DNA of 63,058 nucleotides, the filler included, from Octopus bimaculoides (lineage: Eukaryota), in the NCBI RefSeq assembly GCF_001194135.2. It is 5 parts of 5 records of this genome, joined end to end, with 100 filler letters (N's around TTAATTAATTAA, not from the genome) between each part and the next. Parts side by side here need not be neighbours in the genome. Positions count along the whole stretch, not along the records: positions 19,185 to 40,411 come from NC_068985.1; 4 more parts are not named here. The stretch is one strand, 5' to 3'. Positions 25,955 to 39,535 of the stretch are shown here, piece after piece; the first letter of the stretch is position 1; the number at the start of each line of letters is the position of its first letter. The notes under the pieces were generated by a model. It saw only the letters and a program-made list of their open reading frames with translations, was not told the origin of the DNA and made no database searches. A program made the translations under genes and the position numbers.

Positions 25955-26340
25955 AAGAAATTACACACAGCTGCACCAAGTTACATTAAAATCCTTGTAA
26001 AACTTCAATACACAGCTACACCAAGGTACAACGATATCTGCAAAAATTTAATCATGTTACAAATAGCGACATCAAGTTACAGCAATGTCTATGAGAAAAT
26101 TTAATATTGTTACACACAGCTACACTGAGTTACATGAATATCTGCAAAAGAAATTGGTAATGTTACACACCACTACACCAAGTTACATCAATGACTTAGT
26201 GAAAAATTAATCATGTTACGCACAGCAACACTAAGTTACATGGAAGTCTCCATGAAAATCTAATGATATTTCATACACAGCTACATCAAGTTACACTCCA
26301 ATGTAGATGTAAAATTATGTCTGGCACAATATTTTACATG
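25955..26340. repeat. Degenerate ~50-bp tandem repeat (TTACACACAGCTACACCAAGTTACAT...)
   Basis: About 7 recognisable units. Confidence 0.75.
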
Positions 26341-27425
26341 ACTTTTTAAAGCAGTATTGCTTTCACAGCAATCAATAAAGAATAAATAAATATTGAAGAT
26401 AAACACAACTTCACTGAAGTTTAAGTGTTAATCTACATCACCATTAATTCACATAATAAATTTTTCTTTCTGGCAGACACTGAATCCTATGGGTATGTGT
26501 GTATCCATATATATNNNNNNNNNNATATAAATGCACACACACATAAATATGTATACATATACATGTATATATACACACACACTCATACACACATTTATCT
26601 ACTTATATATATATATATATATAGATAGATAGATAGATATAGATATATATAATGCATTGGAGGCTGTCTCCTATATTCAACATCAGGAGTTATATCTGTT
26701 TTTGTTGTAGATGATAACATAAAATACATTAAGAATGGTAGACTAGCTTTAATAGTTCAATAATTCTCTATTTCACCATTATCTTCTCATTAAGCTACCA
26801 TTTGGAGCATAGTATATTTTAGGGGGCTGTTTTGGTGGGGTTTTTTTTTTTTCCTTCCTATTTTTTCTGTCTCTTTTATTTAATTCTATTTTTCTTCCAA
26901 AACATCGATTGCAGAGACCAGATCAGAGGAAGCAGACTTGGTTATTATTAGAATGAAATTTTACTATATATATACATATATATATATATATCGAGAGAGA
27001 GAGAGAGAAGTTTTACTACCAAATTACTTATATTATCAAGGCCAAAACGATGAATTTGCTTTCTTTCTCTGTCAGCAACCCTCAGAAATACAAGTATAGC
27101 AGATGTGTTGATAAGAGTATATAATTTAGGCCAGTTGGTGACATGTTAATGTAGGTTAAGGATCATATTACACTGTACATTTTTAGTAGTCACTGGAAGA
27201 ATTTTACTAAAACAAAAATTTCAAGAATAGAATTTGACATCCTTCTAAACTTCAGATTCATGGTTTCAAATATTTGTGTGTGTGTGTGTGTGTGTGTGTA
27301 GACACATGCATGCATGTGTGCCTTGTGCCTCTGTATGTGCGTGTGTATATGTAATTAAGTAACTGATTTTTTTTAGATAACTAGCCACACATACGTGTAT
27401 ACATATATATATATATATATATATA

Positions 27426-27655
27426 TCATCATCGTCGTCGTTTAACGTCCGCTTTCCATGCTAGCATGGGTTGGACGATTTGACTGAGGACTGGCAAGCC
27501 ATCAGGCTGCACCAGGCTCCAATCTGATCTGGCAGAGTTTCTACAGCCGGATGCTCTTCCTAACGCCAACCACTCCGAGAGTGTAGTGGGTGCTTTTACG
27601 TGCCGCCTGCACAGGAGCCAGTCCAGCAGCACTGGCAACGACCTCACTCGAAATA
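27426..27655 (-). mobile_element. RTE-type 3' tail repeat, longer young copy
   Basis: CATCATCGTCGTCGTTTAACGTCCGCTTTCCATGCTAGCATGGGTTGG... shared with 25264-25426. Confidence 0.75.
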
Positions 27656-27741
27656 TATATATGCAGTCTCTGGGCCCAGTGGATGATGTCAAACCATGTA
27701 ATCCATGTCAGCATAGAACATAGAAATAATGATGATGATGA

Positions 27742-27778
<37 letters not shown>

Positions 27779-27792
27779 TAGATAGATATATA

Positions 27793-28159
27793 GATGCAGG
27801 CAACCACATAAGTTCTGGCTGCAGTCCCACTGCATGGCACCTTGGTAATTATCTTTTACTATAGCCTTGAGCCAACCAAAGTCTTGTGAATGGATTTGGT
27901 AGAAAGAAACCTATTGTATATATGCATATCTACATAAATATATATACATGTGTATGTCTTTGTGTCTATGTTTGTCCTCTATCACCAACTGTCAAGAGGT
28001 GTGTTTTTGTTCCTGTAACTTGGTTCAGCAAAAGAGATCAATAGAATAAGTACCAGGTTTAAAAAAAACTAAAGTACAGGGGTCAATCATTTGACTAAAA
28101 TTCTTTAAAGCAGTGCCCTAGCATGGCCACAGACAAATGACTAAACAAAGATAAAAGAT

Positions 28160-28160
<1 letters not shown>
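27793..28160 (+). mobile_element. SINE family A, diverged full length
   Basis: Head (CAGTCCCACTGCATGGCACCTTGG) through tail (CATGGCCACAGACAAATGACTAAAC). Confidence 0.75.
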
Positions 28161-28193
<33 letters not shown>

Positions 28194-28206
28194 ACATGTA
28201 TATACA

Positions 28207-28514
28207 CAGGGTGTTTGAGCTAAATCTGGTAATATTTTTGTCTCCCGTTTTCAGGAACAGCTAGATGCAGTGGTTAACAGTCAATGGTGTTGGAGATCAT
28301 AAGGATTAAAGTTGTAGTGAAGAAAAAGTTAACTGACATGGAGGACTCAAAGACATCTGAATATCAGAAAAGAGTTGCCTGTATCATGATGATTTGTGGT
28401 GGATATCAAAATGCTGACATCATGAGTGTTGCACAATGCTCTGTGAATACTGTAAAGGTTGTAAGACATGACCATGGACAGCTGCAAACCGTCGAATTTA
28501 GCCTGAACACTCTG
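28207..28514 (+). mobile_element. Internally deleted Tc1/mariner-type element
   Basis: CAGGGTGTTTGAGCTAAAT / ATTTAGCCTGAACACTCTG imperfect TIRs; short HTH-like remnant (QKRVACIMMICGGYQNADIMSVAQCSVNTVKVVRH). Confidence 0.65.
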
Positions 28515-28516
28515 TA

Positions 28517-28566
<50 letters not shown>

Positions 28567-28567
<1 letters not shown>

Positions 28568-28945
28568 CTGTTATCATTTACTTGTTTCAGTCATTTGACT
28601 GCAGCTATTCTGGGGTATCGCTTTGAAGGGTTTAACCAACCAAATCAACCCCAGCACTTATTTTTTTTTTAAGCCTGCTACTTATTCTATTAGTCTCTTT
28701 TTGTCAAACTGATAAGTTACAGGGACATAAATAAACCAACACCAGTGATTGGGGGATAAACACACTCATAGATACACACATACACACATAAATATATGTA
28801 TACAACTGGGTTCTTTAGGTTTCCGTCTATCAAATCCACTCACAAGGATTTGGTCAACCTGGAACTATATTACAAAATACTTGCCAAAGGTGCAGTGTAA
28901 TGAAACTGAACTTGAAACTATGTGGTTGGGAAGCAAACTTAAACA
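28567..28945 (-). mobile_element. SINE family A, diverged full length
   Basis: Tail TTACTTGTTTCAGTCATTTGACTGC through head GTGGTTGGGAAGC. Confidence 0.78.
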
Positions 28946-31524
28946 CACCCACATATGTAGCAGTTCACATGTTTTAATGCAACTGTCAATTAAATTTTAA
29001 AGGGTTTTGGTAATTAACCAAATAATATACAATAAAATCAAAATCAACTTTCATAAATTATTTTTTAAATTTAATTTTTAGTTCAATAAAGAAAAACAAA
29101 AGCCAGTGTGAGAATAAAATTTCTTAAAACAACAGAAATCCTTTCTGTAAATGACAGCAGCCCTGGAGGCTAAAATATCACCAAGCACACTTTTCTTCTT
29201 GCCTTTCTTCACCCACTGCATATGCTAACAAATGTCACAGAAATGAATCTCAGAGGAAACTACTGAAAATTGTTTATTGAAGCCCAATTTCTTCCTCAAA
29301 CCTTCCCTACCACCCATTATTTCTCCATCATTATCCTAACTGCAGTATACCATTGATGTAATTAAATGTGATCAGAACTGCATCATCTTTTTCTCTGATG
29401 TCAGTTATCTTTCTCACTTTCCAGTTGTTATCCATCCTTAATTCTTAATACTATCCCTCTCCACTCACATTTTACACTGATCTCCCTTCTGTACTTCCAA
29501 ATTATCTCTGTTTCTCCATCATCATCCATTTCTCCTCTCCTCATACACTGTCTACCTTGCCCCCCTCACACACATACAACCTACCCATCCACACATCATC
29601 ATCTTTTATCTCAGCCTTCTTCTATCTACTGTATTATTATTACTATTTTGCTGCTCTCTACTGCTTTTTGTACTATCAATTCTCACCTATTTTCCCCTAC
29701 CTCCCAACTCCTATGTATCAGTGATCATTCCTCCATCTTTGTCTACCATTCACTACCTCTACTCCTCAAACCTACCCAATCTCTACAATCATCACCTATT
29801 CTTCGATACCTTCCTTCCAACTTATATTTATCAATGCCCACTCCTCATCTTTTGTTCTTCATTTATTATATTCTCCTTCTTGCCCATTTCTCCATTCCTA
29901 ACTGTGCCTCACTCACCCCATACATTCTTGTAGACTCTATCCATCCACACTCCCTGTTCTGTTCTACTCACTTCTGTTCACCTTCTTGTACCTTAAGGGT
30001 CCATTCTCACACTCCATCACCACAATTTTATCTGTCTTACTAACTCTACCATAGTTATGTCTACCCACAGTTTTATGGTGTGTAGTCATGTAGTTCTTCT
30101 ACAAGAAAACTTTTCAGTTGAATTATACTTTAACATTTCATCTCCTAACATAAAGCTGCCTCCCTCTCTACTGTAGACTCACTCTCACAAACAGGATCTT
30201 AGTTCTTGCAAACAGCTGCATACTGACCACACTAGAGCTCATGCCACTAAAAAGTCCACTAATGCTAGCCACTTTACAGAGTACACTCTGGAGAGTGGTT
30301 AGCATTAGGAAAATCATCCAACTATAGAAATCATGCCAAGGCAGACATTGGCACACAATGCAGTCCTCTGGTTTCTCAGGCCCTGCTAAACCATCCAACC
30401 CATGCTAGCATGAAAAATAAACATTAAATCACCATTGTCATCATGGGTGACTCTAAATGTGTGTGTGTGTTTGTTTCTTCTTGTCTGGACATCGTGCAAT
30501 GATTATAAATGAGTATTGCCATAATACTAGTGATGTTATTTGTTTTCGGTCTTCCATGCAAATATGTCTGGTCATGAGAAAGCATTATCTTGCTTGGAAA
30601 TGAGTAAGGGTTGGTGACAAGAAGGGCATCCAGCCACAGAAGATCTGCCACACAAATTCCATCTGATCTATATAAGTACAGAACAGCAAACATTAAGATG
30701 ACAATGAAGATGGTGGTGGTAGTGGCTATGACAGAGGTATATGATAGACCAAAGCAAAGAGCAAATCTTCACTAAATACTAAAACAAAATAACTGATGCA
30801 TGGTCAGAGTAATTACAGCTGTAGCTAGTATGATGTAATGGTTGCATGAATAGGAGAGAAAGAACGCTGCAGTATGGACTAAAAGAACCTCAACAATCCA
30901 TAGTAACATCAAAGCTGTTCAACACTACAAGGAAGGATACTGTAAAATGGTACTGAAATCACAGTAATCACTAGTCAACTGCTGATGAAGGGTTTGCTTC
31001 AAAGTGCATGTTGTATGAATTCACTTGTAGGTTCATCTATTTTACATCTGTTTTTCTATGCAGGTACAGGTTGGACAGAGGCTTATTTGAGACAGTACTT
31101 TTACAGCTGGATGTTCTTCCTGTCACTGACCATTTCCTATAATTACAAGGAAGGGGTTCTTTATTCCATAACTTCAAGAGTACAAAGCTACAAGATGTGA
31201 TATTTATTATGAATATAAACACATCTTTGTTTTTTTTTTTTTTTTATTTGGTCAGCTGATCTCATGAAAAGAAGTACAAATGACAACTTACACACAACAC
31301 ATCCATGGGTACCAAAATTAAGATAATATCCATTACGCAGCTGAAAATGGAAATTTCTCAGCTGTGTTAAATATGGATTTGTTCTGTATTTCTGCCAATC
31401 CTGTCTCAGCTTGTTAATGTCCAATGGTTTGTCTGATTTTGTTTTGTTTTGGTGTGTTTTAAAGGAATTATATACATCCTTCAGTCATATCTGATCATCG
31501 ATGGAATTAGTTACAGAGTTCTTT

Positions 31525-31980
31525 TACTTTTTACTTGTTTTGGCCATTAGACAGCGGTCATGCAGAGGCACCGCTTTGAAGACATTTTTAGTCAAATAAA
31601 TCAACCCCAGTATTTACAGTAGTCTCTCAACTATCGCGAGTGTTATGTTCCAAAACCTCCCCATGATAGGAGAAAATCCACAAAGTAGAAACAGTACTGC
31701 ATTGTATATTTTTTTTTATTATTTTTACATTTTGTATATATTTATTTTATTATAAATGCGAAACAACACCATGAAGGAATCAATATATGCTTAAATAATA
31801 AACCATGATAGGTGAACTGTGATATGGCAAAGGATTACTGTAGTTTTTTTTTTCTTTTTTTTTTCAAGTCTGGTACTTATTCCATCAGTCACTTTTGCTG
31901 AACTGCTAGATAACATGGACATAAACACCCTAACACTGGTTGTCAAACAGTGGGGAGAGAGAAATAGACACACACACATA
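31525..31980 (-). mobile_element. SINE family A tail interrupted by a MITE
   Basis: The SINE tail is continuous if 31617-31840 plus one TA is removed. Confidence 0.7.
31617..31840 (-). mobile_element. pogo/Tigger-like MITE
   Basis: TA|CAGTAGTCTCTC...AAGGATTACTG|TA; same family as 47072-47263, in the opposite orientation. Confidence 0.8.
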
Positions 31981-32132
31981 TATATATAGGAAGGGCATCC
32001 AGCTGTAAAAACTCTGCCAGATCAGATTGGAGCCTGGTACAGCAATCTAGCTCACCAGTCCCCAGTCAAACCATCCAACCCATGCCAGCATGGAAAGCGG
32101 ATGTTAAACGATGATGATGATGATGATGATGA

Positions 32133-32211
<79 letters not shown>

Positions 32212-32235
32212 TATATACATATATATATATATATC

Positions 32236-32363
32236 CACTCAAAAGACTTTTGTCAGACTGAGGCTATAGTAGAAGACATTTCCCAAGGTGCCATATAGTG
32301 GGACTGAACCCAGAACAATGTGGTCAGGAAGCGATCTTCTTGCCTCACAGCCATACCTGTGCC
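32236..32363 (-). mobile_element. SINE family A head
   Basis: GGCTATAGTAGAAGAC...CCAAGGTGCC...GTGGGACTGAACCC...CACAGCCATACCTG. Confidence 0.78.
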
Positions 32364-32849
32364 TATAATTTTTATTCTTATGAAGTGTAAATAATTACAG
32401 CATAACATAGTCAAGCTGCCATGATAAGGTAAATATGAATCACACACACATATATATATAGACCATCCTTATTGTTTTAACATCCACTTTTCCATGCTTA
32501 CATAAGTCTGATGGAGTTTGCTGAAGCAGATTATTTACAGCCGGATGCCCTTCTTGTTGTTTCCAAGTAAGATAATATTTCCCATGACTAGGCATATTTT
32601 CACAGAATACTGGAAATGCATCACATTCATTTACAACAATCATTTGATGGCAAGACAAGATACAAACAACAACACACACATATATATGCTTACATACATA
32701 CATATATTCATACAAACATGTACATATACATATATATGCATACATACATGATGTCCATCCACTCATGACCGAGAAAAACCATTACTGACCTTTAGGAACA
32801 TTGTGCACTCAAGATTACCTAATACTTTACACTTGCGGCTCCACTGGTG

Positions 32850-33450
32850 ACTAACAAACCCTGCTCTTGACAAACATACATGACTGCAAACATTGCAGAC
32901 CAAGCTTTCTCCATTATACTAGCAGGGCATTTTCGAGCAGCACACTTAAATTCTTCATGAAAAATACGTGCTCTTGCAAAGGTATTGACTCCTTCCTTTA
33001 CTGGTTTCCTCCATCCGTGGCGATGACAAGTATTGCTCTCCCAGTCAGCCTCCCACATTTCAATTTAATGGATGAATTTACACAGTTCTTAAATCGCAGT
33101 CTTGGCTTCTGCCAGAGTTGCTTTCCACTAACAAGTTCCCAATCTGTTTAGGGATCCTGTTATCATTCAAGGTATCCAGTCCAACCGGTGTTTGTGCACC
33201 ATTACCTCAACACTCAGGATATTGGCTTTTCTCAGGATCTGTGTATCTAGAGTTTTTAAGGTCCAGCCAACATTTAGAATGTGTCTTAGACATCTCTGAT
33301 GAAAGCATTCAAGGACCTTTACATGACATTTGTAAAGGGTCCATGTCCCATATGAGTAAAGAAGCAATGTCAGTACACATGCACAGTACACAGCAATTTG
33401 TGTTTGTCTTGTGATGCCATGAAGGAATCAGTTGCTCTCTGCAGCCTGAA
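32850..33450 (-). mobile_element. RTE/BovB-clade LINE RT C-terminal fragment (dead)
   Basis: HGITRQTQIAVYCACVLTLLLYSYGTWTLYKCHVKVLECFHQRCLRHILNVGW...LRKANILSVEVMVHKHRLDW resembles RTE LYGCETWT...FHQRCLRRIL.I.W. Confidence 0.85.
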
Positions 33451-33451
33451 C

Positions 33452-34075
33452 GATATTCTATCACCTGTGCTTCGAAGAACTTAATCTATGTTCTCAAATG
33501 TGAAGTGTGTGGAGGAGACTACATAGGTCAAACTAGTTTGACCTTGAGAGACAGACTAACAGTACACAGGCAACAAGTCCAGGACCCCACGACCAGGAAA
33601 ATTCCTGAAAGCAAGCTCCTGGACCAATGCCCAGCAAATATAAACCTGAAATACCAAATCTTCCCTTTCTATCAATGCACCAGAAACACTTCAACCCAAT
33701 TCCATTTAAATAAGGAGCACATGCTCATTAAAAAATATAAACCACAGCTCAATATCCTTTAGAAAGAAGAAAAAACACTAAAGAGAAAAAGGAAAAAAGA
33801 CCCAATTTCTCCACAAAAAAAAACAATCATATACAACAGACATAATTCAAAAAACTTTACTAACAGTCTTTCTCCACAAAAAAACAACCAGACATAACAG
33901 ACATAATTCAAAAAACTTTAATAACAGTCTTCCACATGGGTTTTGAAACAGCAACTCCAAATCACCATACAAACACCAGTTGCTGACATCACCTAACTCT
34001 AGACCAATGAAATTTTATAAACACTAATTGCTGACATCACCTAACTCTAGACCAATGAAATTTTACCTCTGAACA
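33452..34075 (+). mobile_element. Penelope-like element 3' fragment: GIY-YIG endonuclease plus 3' repeats
   Basis: TCASKNLIYVLKCEVCGGDYIGQTSLTLRDRLTVHRQQV...KEHMLIKKYKPQLNIL* (to 33762), then ~60-bp and ~47-bp tandem duplications. Confidence 0.88.
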
Positions 34076-34373
34076 AAACCGAACTTCAGCAAATACCACA
34101 AAATGGCCCTTTAAGAGAATCAACTAGCTGGAATAGCTGATGATTGTTCTCCACAGTGAAGTCAACCAGGCAGAACGACAAACTTGACCACCAGAAAAAT
34201 AAGACATCATCAGTACTTTAATGAATCAAAAATCAGATCCATTCATGGAAAAAAATTTAAATTCATTGAATTCCAAAAAACACCATTGCAAGCGAAAGTC
34301 CCTGCACACAACGGAAAAAGAATCACAGAAACTGTAAACAAAACCCTTTTTTTACTATCTTCATTTCTCCCTT

Positions 34374-34414
<41 letters not shown>

Positions 34415-34880
34415 AAATTTTAGAGGTAATACTTGATAAGTGTAAGCACCTGTATATACCAGATAGTGGTCATACCTTATTCCAACCCTACTAAATCTTT
34501 TTTATATGCATCTTACTTTATTATCCGTATTTTTTTCTTATATTACTCTCGATTTGACTTCTATTATTTTTATATTTCATCACTTATTTTATATTGTTTT
34601 ATTTCGTATTTTATACTGTTTTAACCTCTAACTTTTTTTCTTTTTGATCTTCTCCTTCTATCTCATATACGCTAGTTATATACAATCCAATCTACTTATC
34701 ATTCACGCTACCCTGAATTGTGGTACAATATGGACAGACTTTTGAATACCAAGGAACATTTATGCAGATATAACAATTTAAAGGATAAGCATATTACAAT
34801 GGATAATACTAAGTGGACTTTTCCTTTTTCTCTCTCTTTTTTTTTATTTCTTTGTGATGTAATCTTGGGACTGAAAATGC

Positions 34881-34983
34881 TTGCGGCTGAAGATAGCTTT
34901 AAACCATCCTTTCTATCAATTATATACTCATATAATGATGTAACGACAGTTTGTGTATAAAGCTTGAAACACGTGTACCGTGG
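34881..34983 (+). ncRNA. Type I hammerhead-like motif with long loop II
   Basis: UUGCGG-CUGAAGA-U-AGCUUU[58 nt]AAAGCU-U-GAAAC-ACGUGUA-CCGUGG. Stem I is 6 bp (with G-U), stem II 6 bp, stem III the palindrome ACACGUGU, site GUA. Confidence 0.6.
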
Positions 34984-35012
34984 AATCCTTTGTGTTCTGT
35001 TTTCATTTTACG

Positions 35013-35053
<41 letters not shown>

Positions 35054-36023
35054 GCATATATGGGTACAGGACATCACCAATGGTGCAAATAACATGAAAT
35101 ATGTAAACAAACAGGTTAAATACATAAACAACAAGAAAAAATGGAAAACAGGAAAGTAAACACAGAGAAAGGACCCTTCATCAGTTGTCGGCTGTCTTTC
35201 TACTCCTCATTTCGAGCATTCAACGACAATATGAGTCTTCAAAGACAGTTGGTCCTATAAATTCTAAAATAAAATTTAGGATTTATGGAGGGTCAAAGTT
35301 GGGAACAAAAACACAACAGTGGAGGCATACAAGGAAACTGAACAAAAACAAACATGGAGGGTCATTATATTATTTAAATATACATTATATACACATATAG
35401 CTTGAGAATTTTGTGAATTTCTCATCAGGACTGTTATTTTAAATTTCTTTGAAGGCCACCATTTTAGCAGGCTTATTTTTGATTGCTACACACACATACA
35501 CACATATATATATATATAGACACATTATATGTGTGTACATGCACACACACAAATTACATTATAATGGCATTAATTAATTGTAGATTTTGGTCACACAGTT
35601 TCAAACTTTTTTTCTTTCATGACTGCTACATCCTGATTAGTCACTAAGCAAGATATAAGAGCCTGAGCTCACACACACCACACAAAACACACATACACAT
35701 ACACATGCACACAGAAAGACACACACACACACATACACATACTTGCACACATACATACGCAAACACACACATACACACAAACAGTTATGGTTAAGTCATT
35801 AAGTCAATAAGAACAGGAAAATAATATCCACAACATCTGACATGTCAAGTACATTAACATTCATATCTACATGTCAATGAGAGCCTATACATGGTCAAAC
35901 AGTCTGCTAGAAATAACACTTCAATTTCCTTATCGTAAAAAAATGAAAGGACATGTCAGATAGTGTATATGAAGTCTGAAAATAAAATGAAAAGATCATG
36001 GCTAGAATATATTTGATCGTAGA

Positions 36024-36390
36024 TGTGCAATGGCCCAGTGGTTAGGGCAGCGGACTCGCGGTCATAGGATCATGGTTTCGATTCCCAGACCGGGCGTTGT
36101 GAGTGTTTATTGAGCGAAAATACCTAAAGCTCCACGAGGCTCCGGCAGGGGATGGTGGCGAACTCTGCTGTACTCTTTCACCACAACTTTCTCTCACTCT
36201 TCTTGTTTCTGTTGTGCCTGTAATTCAAAGGGTCAGCCTTGTCACACTGTGTCACACTGAATATCCCCGAGAACTACGTTAAGGGTACACATGTCTGTGG
36301 AGTGCTCAGCCACTTGCATGTTAATTTCCCGAGCAGGCTGTTCTGTTGGTCGGATCAACTGGAACTCTCGACGTTGTAAGCAACGGAGTG
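36024..36390 (+). mobile_element. tRNA-derived SINE, family D
   Basis: A-box TGGCCCAGTGG, B-box-like GGTTTCGATTCCC, ~300-bp body; single copy in the window. Confidence 0.7.
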
Positions 36391-37659
36391 CCAACGACGA
36401 ACGATATTTGATCATAGGCCTGCTCATTCAGAGTTCAAACTATTAATTTCTAAGTGCCATGAAGAAGTACCATTCATTCAAAGTGGAGTGAAGTTGTTGA
36501 AGAAGGAAATTCAGAAAACATGGGGCAAAGTACTGAATGCCGATCTCAAAACATTGGACCTTACGAAGAAGGTGACAAAGGACTGATATATGTAGCACAC
36601 CGCTTTACTCAAGAATACCCACCCACCACTACAGAACTAATGTCCTATAATCAAAATGTCACAAACAGCACTGGTACTGGCGCCATGTAAAAAACACTGG
36701 TCCTGATAAGCACAAAAAGAAAGAAAAGCAAAGCTGACCTCCATGAGGCTTGAACTCAGATTGCATAGATCAGGCTAGAATAAATATCACAAGGCAACTC
36801 ATCTGATGCTCAGCCAGTTCTGTTATTCCACCACTTTGCACTAGTACTCTATAAATCCCCTAAAAAGACGTATGACATATTCAAAATGCAGTGAATACCA
36901 GCTCAGAATATGATTACCCCCATCACCTACTAAACCTGTATTTATGTACATACACAAATACATACAATAACTATTTACAAACAATTAAAACTATGTGCTG
37001 TACTTTCATCTTGGTGTGGTATGGTAAAATATATCTTGGCTGCAGCTACAATCAAGATATGTTTTATATCTATATAAGAACCTCTATCCACCATTAATTA
37101 GCTTTGGAATGTTTGCAATCTTGTACATTACTCAGCTTATAACATTAATGTAACTGAGAGGCATGTCATTTTTCTTTAGAGGGTAGAAGTTTCCACAATA
37201 TAACATCTGAATATTTGAGCCTGATATGGCTAGTATAAATGCTAAAGGGTTAGAATAAGAGACTCATAAAGTTAACACACACAGGAAATCCTTCCTTTTG
37301 AGCGAGCCAAAGTCCTACATACAGCTCATGTCTCCAAGCAGCCCAGAACTTACCAACCAATAAATTGTAGATCTTGCAAATAAATAAATATATAAATGAT
37401 TACTGGGAATACCTCTACACATTACATTCTTTCTGTTTTAAATGCAAGAAAGAACATGAGCCATAAAAATTTCCCAATTTTGGTATACAAGGTAAAAAAA
37501 ATAAGCAACAGAAATTGAAGGTACTGAATTTATATACAAATATTCTGTAGCTCAAATTAGAATATAAAGACAAGAAAGGCTTCAGGTCATCAAGGATATC
37601 TGCTAAGATGCATAAAATTACAGGCACAACAGAGTATGGGCTAGTCAATTACACAGTCA

Positions 37660-38605
37660 GTTAGGTAGCACAGGAAGGTATCATAACTTAAAGAATAATG
37701 TAACAACATCATTGTCAACTGCTACAAGGGTGAAGAAGATACATTACAGAAAAGCAAACCTAGAGACATCAAACTGTTGGACCAAGTTATGGAAATTATA
37801 GAAAGAATTTCATAAGCTCAATTGATTAAAAATGGAATTAGCTTGAATAAGATTTGGTTTTGCACCAGAAAGAGATGCTGCCAATGCCATCTTCCTGGTG
37901 AGATAACTACGGAAAAGTACTTAGCTAGGAATAAGTGCCTTTAGTATTCACTAACCTGAAGAAACTTTTGACAAGATTCTACACTTGATTATCTGGTGGT
38001 CACTAAGGAAACCAAGGTAAGATGAATAGCTTGTGAGGACCATAAAAGCTCTGTACAGAGGCACAATAAACAAGATGAATGTCAGTATGAATTCAGCAAT
38101 GAATTTAATATGCAAGTTGGAATTCATCTGGTCTCAGTTTTCATCCTTTTGAGTTTATCATAGTCCTCCAGGTCATAACCAAAAAAATTCAAGACCAGTT
38201 GTCCAACAGAACTCCTATATGCTGATGTCCTTGTTCTTATAAGTGAATCCTTAAAAAAGAAATTCCAGACACAGAAGCAAAATCTAGAACCAAGAGGCCT
38301 CAAATTGAAAATAACAAAGAACTAAAATTTTAGTTAGTAGGAATGAAAGCAGGACTTTCCTCCCATCAGCAATGGCCATGTTCTGTATGCAGGAAAGGAA
38401 TAAGTAGAGATTTAATATGGTATGTTCAATATAAAGCATGGATGCACAAGAAGTATAGTGGGTTAACTGGCAGACAAATGGAGAAGGGAGAGATTTTATA
38501 TGTGGTAGGCACACAGGAACAGTAAGCAGTGGAAGTACATGGAGATTGTGGATTCTTTCAAATATCCAGATGCTTCCCTTTGAAGTAGTTAATAGCTTTG
38601 GTTAT
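37660..38605 (+). mobile_element. Degraded RTE LINE reverse transcriptase
   Basis: Frameshifted remnants IIVNCYKG...IKLLDQVM...FGFAP.RDAANAIFLVR...VLQVITKKFKTSCPTELLYAD...EVVNSFGYLSDL. Confidence 0.85.
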
Positions 38606-39535
38606 TTAAGTGACCTAATTAACAACATCCATCACTTTCTCTTTAGTATCACTCAACTATTACTAGCCATCATTTGTTTTATCTCTCCCTTACCAGTAAA
38701 CAAGCATCATCATCTCTTTTCCATTACTCTCTCCACTACCACCCTCTCAATCCAATCATTCTGTCTCTCTCCCATCATACTCTCTCTCCTTTTACCCTCT
38801 CACCTAGGTTCTTCTACTCACCCTTTTGAGCATATTGCCTTAAACAGCAGATGTTACATAACAACCTCACTTCAGCTGCTACCATAAAATGCACCTGTAC
38901 ACTCTGTAAAGTGGTTAGCAAACAAACAGTAAAAAAATGTAGGTTTGAGAAAATTTTTGTCTTACCGAGAGCCTCCCCACCTCTCTGGTACAGGTTCCAC
39001 AATAATATGTACTGGGCACATTCTATCATGATAGATTGTGCTGGTTACATTGTGTAATGAGGTCAGTGATAGGAAGTACATCCAGTGGTAGGATCTTTGC
39101 CTATATGGAATGTTCAAGAGAAAAGTGGTTCTTCAACTCACCTGGGAGAGCAGTAACACTAAATAAGAACTAACTCAGACCATGATGAATCATCTAACCC
39201 ATACTAGCATGGAAAACAGATTTGAACGATGATGAACATGAAATGATAATCGTATTATTATCCTCATCATCATCATAATTCAACATTCACTTTTCCATGC
39301 TTGACTGGATCAGGCAGAATTTGTTGAGGTGGATTTTCTACAACTGGATGCCTTTCCTCTTGCCAACTTTCAGCTATTTCCAAGCAAAATAATGTTCTCC
39401 ATGACCTGACATATTTCCAAAAAAAAGTTGGAAACAAAGGACAATTCTTGTGTGATGGTGACACACACAAGTACGTAGCTTTGCAGTAATGCATGATTAA
39501 TTAAAAAAAAACGTGAATAGATAAGCATTAAGGAT

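Noticed and set aside
34137-34170. CTGATGA...GAAGTC hammerhead-like string downstream of the PLE ORF
   Set aside because: GAAAC is incomplete and stem I has no partner; at best a heavily decayed relic.
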